The notes under the pieces were generated by a model. It searched no databases and had not been told where the DNA came from. It was given only the letters and a program-made list of their open reading frames with translations. From IMG/VR virus record IMGVR_UViG_3300029288_000055, positions 32,001 through 96,000 of that record: a stretch of 64,000 nucleotides of DNA; one strand, given 5' to 3'. The position numbers were made by a program, and so were the translations under genes. How positions within the stretch are numbered: position 1 is the first letter of the stretch; every line of letters starts with the position of its first letter. This document shows positions 28,901-36,339 of the stretch, in pieces. The DNA is from a virus (lineage: Duplodnaviria > Heunggongvirae > Uroviricota > Caudoviricetes).

Positions 28901-31900
28901 TATAATCGCACCAAATAAGCCAAATGTATATCAGAAGAAACAAATTTATTATCTGGTGTTATCCAACCTGAATGATCATAATTAGGCACAATAATTTTTG
29001 ATTCTGTCAACATTTCATTTACTGGTTCATGTTTTTGTTTACTCTTTTCTGGTTTAAAAGTTTTTACAAATGTATCATAAATTTTCTCAGCAATAACACG
29101 ATTTGCTCCATTTGGTATTTTTTTTCTGAACATCATTTCAATTTTGTTCGCAATCTCGTGAGCGTCATCATATTCGTAACCGTAATGTCTTATAATAAAA
29201 CTTTCAGTTCTTTCATGTAATAGTATTGCTTCAAAATCATTTGGCTTAATCATGAATACATCATCAATCCAATATTCATTTTCTGGAATATTTTTGGCAT
29301 ACTTTTGTTCATCTTCTGGAAGATCAGCATCAACCCAATGATTACCACCATCAACCCATTCAATAAATCCACTGTCACGAACCTGATCACCATTAACTAC
29401 AAAAACTTTATAAGTATTTTTTCCATCCTGATAATTTCTTATAAATTTTTTATCAAGTTCGTGAGTAATAATATCTTTTTCAATTTGTTTTTGAAATGTT
29501 GAAAAATCTTGTTCTGTTAAATCAAATTTATTTTCGGGACTAATGTTTGCAACATAGTCTGAGTAATTATCTGAATATATTTCAACAGATATTGTTTTTT
29601 CTTTATTCAAATATGCCTGTGCTACACGATGATATCCATCTTCAACTAAAAATGTTTTGTTTTCAATATTATAAAACACTAAAACTGGCTCATTTGTGGT
29701 AGTAGGTCTATCTTGTTTAATATCTTGAATTGATGCAATTATACCACGTTTACTAACTGTTAACTTGTTTAATGGAAAATCATTTACTGATATTGGTTCA
29801 TCTTTACTAACACCACGACTTAATTTATTTATATCAATTTTTTCATCTAAATCGTGTACATCTTCTTCGTTTAAATCCCAAAAATCAAATGAAGCCTGTT
29901 CAGCAAGATCATCAAAATCATCTGGTGATTTATCTGACATTATAGGTACTTTGCTGCCATATTTATTACGAATATAATTTTCAACATCACTTGATTTATA
30001 TTCTAATAATCGTCCAATCTCACGTGCTTCTTCTGGGGTTCTATCTGCAATATAACCATTGTTTCTTTTAACAATTTCATATAATAAATATGCATTAATT
30101 TTATCACGATATATGATTGCCATCATTGTTTGATGTGAAGTCATTCTCGTAGGAATAACACTAATTTTCTTTTTTTCTAATTTTTGAGCAATTGCTTTAT
30201 TTATTTCAGCAAAACCCACATTTCTTTTATTATTTAAAACCGATTTAATTGAATCAATATTAGTGCGAACATCTTTTACACTTATTTCTTCATTAATTTC
30301 TTCATTTTCTTTAAGCGGTTTTATATCCAAATTTTTAATATCACCTTGATTACAAGCAACGCTGGTATTACCAAGACCGCCTAATCTACATTTCTTTTTA
30401 ACATCAACAGTACTACTGCCAGCCATTGAAGATAATACTCGTTCAGATATTTCAAAATCATTAACTGGTGATGATATGTCAACAGCATTAATTGTTGATA
30501 TTTCTTTATTGAAAAAAGCAACTAATTTATGATATCCATCTATTAAAATTTTATCTGACACATTAACCACAAAATAGTCATTTAAATGTTTCTCAATATT
30601 TTCTTCATAATATTTTATTGTTTCTATTTGTTCTTTTTTTGCATAATCAAGACTATCCTCAATTTCACCATTATTGTAAAACAAATAAATATCTTTTACT
30701 TTTATTTGTTTAACTTCAAAATAATTATTATCATATTCATCAATAGTAATAAAATTCCATAATATTTCACGTTTGTCAGGCATTTCAGAATAAACATTAG
30801 ATAACTTAACGCCATTAATATGCTGAAATTCTTCACTCATTAAATATTCATCTTTGGTTGCATCATTCACATGATTATATTCTAAATCTTCATTATACAT
30901 TGATCTGTTTGCATTAAGATCATTTTGAATTGATGGCGAATTATCTGTATTATCATGTACAGGAAAATCATCTTGACCCATTGAATTATCGGTTGAAAAC
31001 TTAGCTGAACCATCTTCAGGTATGTATACAATATCCTGTGCGGTAAGTGTTGGTTCATTTGCTCTATAACCACCAATATCAAAGAATTTTAGTATCCCAT
31101 TTTTATATCCTAAATTACTTGGATTGCCATAATCATCTGATTTAATACCATATTTATATAATTCTTCCTGTATATTAATCAAATCAATTAAATAATCATA
31201 TGCCAATTCTCTATCTTCATTAGATATGTTTGTTTCAGGTTTATCTGTTAATATGTGCTTTGCAACTTCTGTTATTTCTGCAGGAGTTCTTTTACGCATT
31301 TTTAATAATATATCAATAAAATTTAAACCTGCTGGTTCAATTTTATTAATAATATCCATATATCTAAAAAATTCTGCTCTTGGTTTATCCTGAATGTTTT
31401 CTTGAAGTATAGCAAAAAATGCCAATTGTTTTTCAGTGTCAATTACTTTATAAAACGAATATATTTTACTAATATATTTTGGTTCTTCATTCATTAATTT
31501 ACCAGCAGCATCTGCTTCGCTTTTATCTGCTGTTAATTTAAAAATTACATTATCATTTACTGTAAAGGCATAACCATTTGCACCACCATCCAAATATTGT
31601 AATTGACCAATATTTAATTTTGCTGCAACAGCATTTGCCAATTCAATTGCATAGTTCTTATTCTCTAAAGTATATGGTTGAACTGCAGGTTTTGATGTAC
31701 TTGTTATTTCATTAATTTCATATTCTTCTTTAAGTAATGGTTCTCTATTATATAAATTTTGTTCAATAAGACATTCTTGAAGTGCTAACAAATTATTATA
31801 GAATTTCTTTTTCTCAGGAACACGTTTCAATACTTCTTTAAGATTATTTACACAGTTATGAAATTCATCAAGAACATATGGTGCACTTGGCAACTTTTTT

Positions 31901-32706
31901 GGATATTTATCTCTGGCAAGCACAAACGAAATGAAACCTTCATTAATAACGCCACCGCCATCACCAACACTATAGGGCATTTGCGCCCACATACCTCTAC
32001 GTGTATCAACAGCATCTTGTGGTGGCATATCTGAAAGCATATCATCATTACCATCAGCACAATTAAACATTTCATATATTTGATATTGACGTTTTCTTTG
32101 TGGACTGTAATGTGTATTATATACTTCGTCAGTTAAACCATAGTCAGTAAGAACAATTGTTGGCTTACCATTACGTATTACTTCACCAAATGTACTTGCT
32201 CTATTTAAATCACCAGCACTAATAGAATAATTTCCTATTATATCTTCTAATTCAATAACAAATTCATTATTATTTAAAAGTTCTACAATTGCTTCATCCT
32301 GACCAAATGTGCCTCTTCCACCTTTATGATTATCTTCAAAATTCTTAAGAAATAAAAATAATTGAAATAAACTTGGGATGCCAGTTAATTGTTTAATTCT
32401 TGATTCACTAACTTTTTTTGCTTTTTCAGCAATAATCCAATTGCCATTTGGGTCATATTCATAAATTTTAGTGACAATATCGTGACTATCTTCATATGTA
32501 CCGATATTTATTTCTTCTTCGTTTTGTGCTACTCCTTTGGTATTCTTAGCAATTTTAAATACTTTAGTACCATCAATATCATATACAATTCTACCACTAC
32601 CTGCACCAAGTTTTTGAAGGTTTTGATCAGCAAACATTATTTTCTGTCTAAATGATTGTATTTCTTCAAATTGGTCTAAGAAATTTAAGAAATTTTCGTA
32701 AGTCAT
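25963..32706 (-). CDS. 2247-aa polyvalent protein: 2 kinase-like, 2 ParB-like, HE-type domain, CCA-adding nucleotidyltransferase, Acb1-like 2H phosphodiesterase and several unknown domains
   Basis: LGAGSGR/VFKIAK/DYG; DGGANG/IFKLT/DYGNPSN/FFDIG; IDGYHK; EDGYHR; LLHERTE..AHEIA; VGGAVRD..KDLD..RRDFTINA..DDPLRMLRA; PHTTILY..HAHITIAY. Confidence 0.85.
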   Translation of the reverse strand: MTYENFLNFLDQFEEIQSFRQKIMFADQNLQKLGAGSGRIVYDIDGTKVFKIAKNTKGVAQNEEEINIGTYEDSHDIVTKIYEYDPNGNWIIAEKAKKVSESRIKQLTGIPSLFQLFLFLKNFEDNHKGGRGTFGQDEAIVELLNNNEFVIELEDIIGNYSISAGDLNRASTFGEVIRNGKPTIVLTDYGLTDEVYNTHYSPQRKRQYQIYEMFNCADGNDDMLSDMPPQDAVDTRRGMWAQMPYSVGDGGGVINEGFISFVLARDKYPKKLPSAPYVLDEFHNCVNNLKEVLKRVPEKKKFYNNLLALQECLIEQNLYNREPLLKEEYEINEITSTSKPAVQPYTLENKNYAIELANAVAAKLNIGQLQYLDGGANGYAFTVNDNVIFKLTADKSEADAAGKLMNEEPKYISKIYSFYKVIDTEKQLAFFAILQENIQDKPRAEFFRYMDIINKIEPAGLNFIDILLKMRKRTPAEITEVAKHILTDKPETNISNEDRELAYDYLIDLINIQEELYKYGIKSDDYGNPSNLGYKNGILKFFDIGGYRANEPTLTAQDIVYIPEDGSAKFSTDNSMGQDDFPVHDNTDNSPSIQNDLNANRSMYNEDLEYNHVNDATKDEYLMSEEFQHINGVKLSNVYSEMPDKREILWNFITIDEYDNNYFEVKQIKVKDIYLFYNNGEIEDSLDYAKKEQIETIKYYEENIEKHLNDYFVVNVSDKILIDGYHKLVAFFNKEISTINAVDISSPVNDFEISERVLSSMAGSSTVDVKKKCRLGGLGNTSVACNQGDIKNLDIKPLKENEEINEEISVKDVRTNIDSIKSVLNNKRNVGFAEINKAIAQKLEKKKISVIPTRMTSHQTMMAIIYRDKINAYLLYEIVKRNNGYIADRTPEEAREIGRLLEYKSSDVENYIRNKYGSKVPIMSDKSPDDFDDLAEQASFDFWDLNEEDVHDLDEKIDINKLSRGVSKDEPISVNDFPLNKLTVSKRGIIASIQDIKQDRPTTTNEPVLVFYNIENKTFLVEDGYHRVAQAYLNKEKTISVEIYSDNYSDYVANISPENKFDLTEQDFSTFQKQIEKDIITHELDKKFIRNYQDGKNTYKVFVVNGDQVRDSGFIEWVDGGNHWVDADLPEDEQKYAKNIPENEYWIDDVFMIKPNDFEAILLHERTESFIIRHYGYEYDDAHEIANKIEMMFRKKIPNGANRVIAEKIYDTFVKTFKPEKSKQKHEPVNEMLTESKIIVPNYDHSGWITPDNKFVSSDIHLAYLVRLYPEIKNQREIYEKAYGDGYTRIIFNKGEIGNILDIHAPTVERLKEILLDAYSSSLGGESQIYGDVGLDDEFKGYNYVFKLPMDKENLNNFLYSNKKVRSMIYEAQIMGLNYLPFREDVEEVGGKIYSVGGAVRDEFLGKESKDLDILITGVPFEQLEQILGKYGRVDAVGKSFGVLKFKPKGATEDIDIAIPRTETPTGEGGHQGFDVKSDHALPIEKDLERRDFTINAIAKDIEGNVVDPFGGQEDLKNKIIKVVNPQAFSDDPLRMLRAVQFASRFGFIIEPETMKMIQDNAGRVKEIAPERILTEFDKIIKKGNILTGAILLDETGLLKEIFGKGLYYDFRNTKEPFDKVRTMGEFVYLLSKNLVNNPAEFYKTNLKGDENAYREIKALQLAFESGEATNLIEARSVAHNMCVISPTSLQSQILPNVIKTAAQELLQGKYPKTVNELAINGNDLMQLGLQGKVIGDMQKSLLLKIYANKAMNNKEELLSLAKQEKPMIKEDVESWGWKKYSNQKLYFGSPSGMMMVILNKIVFDKETNTYLIEMRPLDTKFKGDIWTTNMTEEQLKEFINNGRVDYNHPINGSHVRLTTIKKYDALQNARNIVGFANAEEINEEKIPERIEYGCLMLFLDVPIWSKITSIIDKNDIYDKEGYGIENEPHTTILYGFHDEVTAEDVFELYKSKMPLKPIEIGIKGISVFKNPEFDVVKFDVDSEVLKKANGIMKELPNTSKFPDYHAHITIAYVNKGEGDKYVKPFEKERILKGNELVYTWKGHKGKKDGKILSLDEKGLLKEFSYDALEPEKISTWDINGQKVGIPFFVEKYDEWNHQGGENSGYKDPSEASVLEFIQNNYEDFTHDEKLKKELLWALTDRELLNEGKSDYENAKAALMRSKSISAEMKEKILKYFTGGSTYKEGGHVHGLTKPKELMDKTLKAEGVSMGADKDGFFVYTHRARSDSYESPEKIPIKEINFIENTG

Positions 32707-32750
32707 ACTTAAATTATTATTAGTATGTTTATAAATACAAACTTAATGCG

Positions 32751-32783
32751 AAAAAAAAGCGCAATTACAGTTGCGCTTTTTTT
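32751..32783. terminator. Intrinsic terminator (bidirectional form) overlapping the stop of 32765..33442
   Basis: A8-GCGCAA-ttacag-TTGCGC-T7. Confidence 0.85.
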
Positions 32784-33442
32784 GCTTTATTTTTGTCTGA
32801 AATTTCTTTAATTACTTCAATTATTACTGCTCTGATCATTTCTTTGTTTTCTGTTAGCACTTCTTTTATTCGTTCAGCAGCATACATTTCAATTATTGTG
32901 CCTTTAATTGCTTCCTCAACAACAGGACCGAAATTATCAATTAAATAATTATCAACTATTTTTTTTACATTTTCAACCAAATAACCTTCATTAAGATTCA
33001 TTTGTGTTGGAGTTGGAATACCAGTGTTTTGTCTTTGCTGATTACCAGCTACAAATGGTGTAATAGCTTCTGCTAATGTTTGCTTGCTCTTAGTTTGAAG
33101 ATCAATAAATAATTGTTCATCCCTTTCTGGTGACATATTAACTGGCTTAGTTGACTGTATTGGTATACGTGCAGATTCTCTTTCAACTACAGTAGTTTCA
33201 TCAATATTATGATGTATAGTTTCTTTATTTTTTATAGCAACTTTATTTTCGACTAATTTGATCAAATTGGTTGCTGATGTTTGAACACCAGTATCATGTG
33301 ACTTTAATAATTCATATAAAAACTTATCTCTCGGTGCAATATTACTTCCTACTTCACCTGTTGGTGAAGAAGATATTGTGTTTCTCTCCCTTTTTCGAGA
33401 ATCAATTTCAGTTCTAAGTTTATTTAAATCAGGTTTTGCCAT
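32765..33442 (-). CDS. Hypothetical protein (possible head-associated)
   Basis: 225-aa ORF with own GTATTTATA motif upstream; LNE motif before C-terminal helical domain. Confidence 0.65.
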   Translation of the reverse strand: MAKPDLNKLRTEIDSRKRERNTISSSPTGEVGSNIAPRDKFLYELLKSHDTGVQTSATNLIKLVENKVAIKNKETIHHNIDETTVVERESARIPIQSTKPVNMSPERDEQLFIDLQTKSKQTLAEAITPFVAGNQQRQNTGIPTPTQMNLNEGYLVENVKKIVDNYLIDNFGPVVEEAIKGTIIEMYAAERIKEVLTENKEMIRAVIIEVIKEISDKNKAKKAQL

Positions 33443-33474
33443 TTTATAAAATTTTATATTTTTTTATAAATACT

Positions 33475-34377
33475 CTAATCTTTGAAAAAAGTCTTTCTAA
33501 TTATAGGAATATTTTCATTTTCTCTGAACATAGGTGGATTTGTACTTTCTTTTTGTTCGATATCTTTTACCATCTTATCTTTTTGATTTTTGGCAAACTG
33601 ATCTTGTTGAGTTTTATTTATTGGTGTTTTGAGAATAAGTCTATTATATAAATTAGTTAGATCATCAATATATGCGTTTTGTGGAAAATTAGGCTTAGTT
33701 CTAATGTCTTGCAAATTAAAATTGTTTTTATCATCAATTGCAATAAAAAAATCAGTAATAGGTTTTTTCATAACTTTTTTTGCAATATCAATTAAACCAA
33801 GAACGTCATTTTTAGTAATTTTACGATTATTTTTATTTGCATTTTTATATTTTTCCCATCTTGGAACTTTAGGTTTTACAGTTGGTAATATGCCACTAAC
33901 AGCTTCTTTACCACCAGTAACTGCTGCAATAATACCGCCTGTCATATCTTTATCATTTTCTTTGTATCCGGGTGGAACTTGCACATTACCTTGAACATCA
34001 ACAAATTTTTTTCCTGTTGGCATTGCAGAAGTTATATTATTAACGAGAAACATTCTCCAACCGGGTTTTGTTACCCCATCTGTGTCAATCTCATGTTCAT
34101 GTCCTCTCCTGTTTCTTGGAGAATCAGGTCTAAGACTATCACTTCTACCTTTATCCTGCCATGCTCTAAGTGCCAAATTACCACTGGTATTTACTCCTAA
34201 TATAAACGGTCTTATTGTTCGATAGCCAGTTTCAACAGTCGTATCTCCCTTATAATATATATACAAGAATTTATGATTGTTAATAGCATCAACAATAGTT
34301 TTATCACTAACGCCCTCTGTTAAGAGTCTGCGAAAATGCTTAATATTTTCAAATAATATTTTAAACTCACTAATCAT
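33475..34377 (-). CDS. WYL-domain protein
   Basis: LYIYYKG..GYRTIRPFILG..LRAWQ..PGWRMFLVNNI. Confidence 0.7.
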   Translation of the reverse strand: MISEFKILFENIKHFRRLLTEGVSDKTIVDAINNHKFLYIYYKGDTTVETGYRTIRPFILGVNTSGNLALRAWQDKGRSDSLRPDSPRNRRGHEHEIDTDGVTKPGWRMFLVNNITSAMPTGKKFVDVQGNVQVPPGYKENDKDMTGGIIAAVTGGKEAVSGILPTVKPKVPRWEKYKNANKNNRKITKNDVLGLIDIAKKVMKKPITDFFIAIDDKNNFNLQDIRTKPNFPQNAYIDDLTNLYNRLILKTPINKTQQDQFAKNQKDKMVKDIEQKESTNPPMFRENENIPIIRKTFFKD

Positions 34378-34616
34378 TATGCAGTACTTGCATCATATTG
34401 TCTGTCCTGTTGAAACTTATTTTTAGTGATTTCACAGTTTCTTGTTTTTATGTCTGTTTTGCCACCAATACTACCATTCAATTCACCTTTACCGTCTTCA
34501 TCACCTGTTGATAATGCATCTGGATGTCCAGTACTATACTGATCATTATCCGTAAAATCATTCTTAGCAACTGCACATTTTCTGAAAGGCAAGCTAACAT
34601 CTTCTAATCTGCTCAT
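34377..34616 (-). CDS. Small hypothetical protein
   Basis: 79-aa ORF, coupled to WYL gene, preceded by GTATTTATA. Confidence 0.6.
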   Translation of the reverse strand: MSRLEDVSLPFRKCAVAKNDFTDNDQYSTGHPDALSTGDEDGKGELNGSIGGKTDIKTRNCEITKNKFQQDRQYDASTA

Positions 34617-34659
34617 TTTTTTCGTTTTTAATTATTTTATTATCTTATATAAATACAAT

Positions 34660-35442
34660 TTAATCATATTTTGTAAATACTAAATTTATATATTCCAAAA
34701 GGTTTGGCACAATATCTAAATATTCCATTTCATCAACATCATACCAACCATAATTGGTATGTTCATCATTTAATTTTATATCTGTCGGGTCACCTTTATA
34801 ACGACATGCAAATATGGTTTCAATACTATCTGGATTTCTTTGAATAGTAAATGACTTAATAAATTTATCAATATCAACATTAATCTCTTCTTTAATTTCT
34901 CTCTTAATTGCTTTTTCTGGTGTTTCTCCCTTTTCAATTCCACCACCAACTAATGCCCATTTACTTGGTTGCCATATCTTAGGGTTTGACCCTCTTTTTA
35001 AAAGTAAAATTTTATTATCTTCATCAACAATTACAGCAACAGCATTTTTCTTCAATTCATCTTTTTTCTTTTTTTCTTCATTTAATTTTGGAGTTTGATA
35101 CGGCTTTAATTCTGAATTAGGATTGATTGTCATATCCTGTTTAACATCTTTTGTCATTTGAACACCTGCCCTATCACTTACTAATGTCGTATCAATAAAT
35201 TGTTTCATAGCATTTCCACCAGCAAGCGCATATTGAATTTTATCACCAATTTCAGGATTAAAATAATCAAAGAAATTTTTTAATCTTTTCATTGCCTGAT
35301 AAGTTATAGCACCATTTTTAAGCATGAATTTAGCTCTTTTAACGCCTTCACCATTTGGATTGGATATGAGGGTTGTTTGGATGCTTTTCAGTACTTCTGG
35401 GGGTATTTTATACGTCTTATCGTATAATTCTTGATTAGCCAT
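34660..35442 (-). CDS. Nudix hydrolase with unknown N-terminal domain
   Basis: Nudix box GGGIEKGETPEKAIKREIKEEI; ILLLKR..W. Confidence 0.9.
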   Translation of the reverse strand: MANQELYDKTYKIPPEVLKSIQTTLISNPNGEGVKRAKFMLKNGAITYQAMKRLKNFFDYFNPEIGDKIQYALAGGNAMKQFIDTTLVSDRAGVQMTKDVKQDMTINPNSELKPYQTPKLNEEKKKKDELKKNAVAVIVDEDNKILLLKRGSNPKIWQPSKWALVGGGIEKGETPEKAIKREIKEEINVDIDKFIKSFTIQRNPDSIETIFACRYKGDPTDIKLNDEHTNYGWYDVDEMEYLDIVPNLLEYINLVFTKYD

Positions 35443-36293
35443 TATTTTCTTTCTAATAAATTTGCAAGTTTATCTTTATCTTTTTGATCTAATTTACTAA
35501 TAAGACCAGCAATTTTTTCAAGTTTTTTTTCTTTTATATCATTATCTTCAGCTTTTTTGGACATTTCATCTTCACTTTTGTCAACAAGTTTATCTTCAAC
35601 AACATTGTCTTCAACAATTTTATCTTCATTTATTTTATTTAAATTTTTATCATATGCAAACAATTTTTGTGCAATTTCTTCTGCACCATATTGTTTTTTT
35701 GCCATTTCCAACCATTTGCCATGCATATCTAATAATTGTTCAATTCGTTGATCAAGTATTCCAGCTTTATCATAATTACTACCACTAAATATTTTTTTTA
35801 ATTCATCTTTAATACTATTATCAAATGGTATTGTTGAATTAACTTCTTCATCAATTGGTTCTTTAAATGCTTTTTCGAAATGTGGCTCAACTATTTTAAT
35901 AATTTTTCTTGCCCAATCAATATCCTCTTTTTCACACTGTTCTGAATGTGCTTCACCAGCATCTTCCTTCCTGTAATCGGGTTTCAATAAATTAGGATTC
36001 TTATAATAATATCTTAAAGTATCAGTATGCTTGTCATGCATAAGTTGTGCTAAATCTTTTAGTAATTCTTTTTGCCCCTCATCTTCCTTACCTTCAAAGA
36101 ATGGAAGCAATGTAAAACCAAAACGACCCAACATATCGTATCTAAACGGTTGTTGGGCAATTTTAGAATTATAATCAGTAGTATTATTTGCTTGGGTATC
36201 TGCGTTGGCATCATTTGTTGGCACATCATTTTTGCCAATCAATTCACCATTAGAATCAATGATCTCAAATAATTGTATCTTTTTTATTTTCAT
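35442..36293 (-). CDS. Hypothetical acidic protein (possible internal head protein)
   Basis: 283-aa ORF with repeated INED/IVED/VVED motifs. Confidence 0.65.
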   Translation of the reverse strand: MKIKKIQLFEIIDSNGELIGKNDVPTNDANADTQANNTTDYNSKIAQQPFRYDMLGRFGFTLLPFFEGKEDEGQKELLKDLAQLMHDKHTDTLRYYYKNPNLLKPDYRKEDAGEAHSEQCEKEDIDWARKIIKIVEPHFEKAFKEPIDEEVNSTIPFDNSIKDELKKIFSGSNYDKAGILDQRIEQLLDMHGKWLEMAKKQYGAEEIAQKLFAYDKNLNKINEDKIVEDNVVEDKLVDKSEDEMSKKAEDNDIKEKKLEKIAGLISKLDQKDKDKLANLLERK

Positions 36294-36339
36294 GAGTGCA
36301 TATTTTCATATAAATACTATTAAATGTTAATATGCACTA

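Noticed and set aside
23503-30830. ParABS partition system
   Set aside because: ParB-like domains lack HTH and dimerisation regions, and no ParA or parS palindrome array was seen
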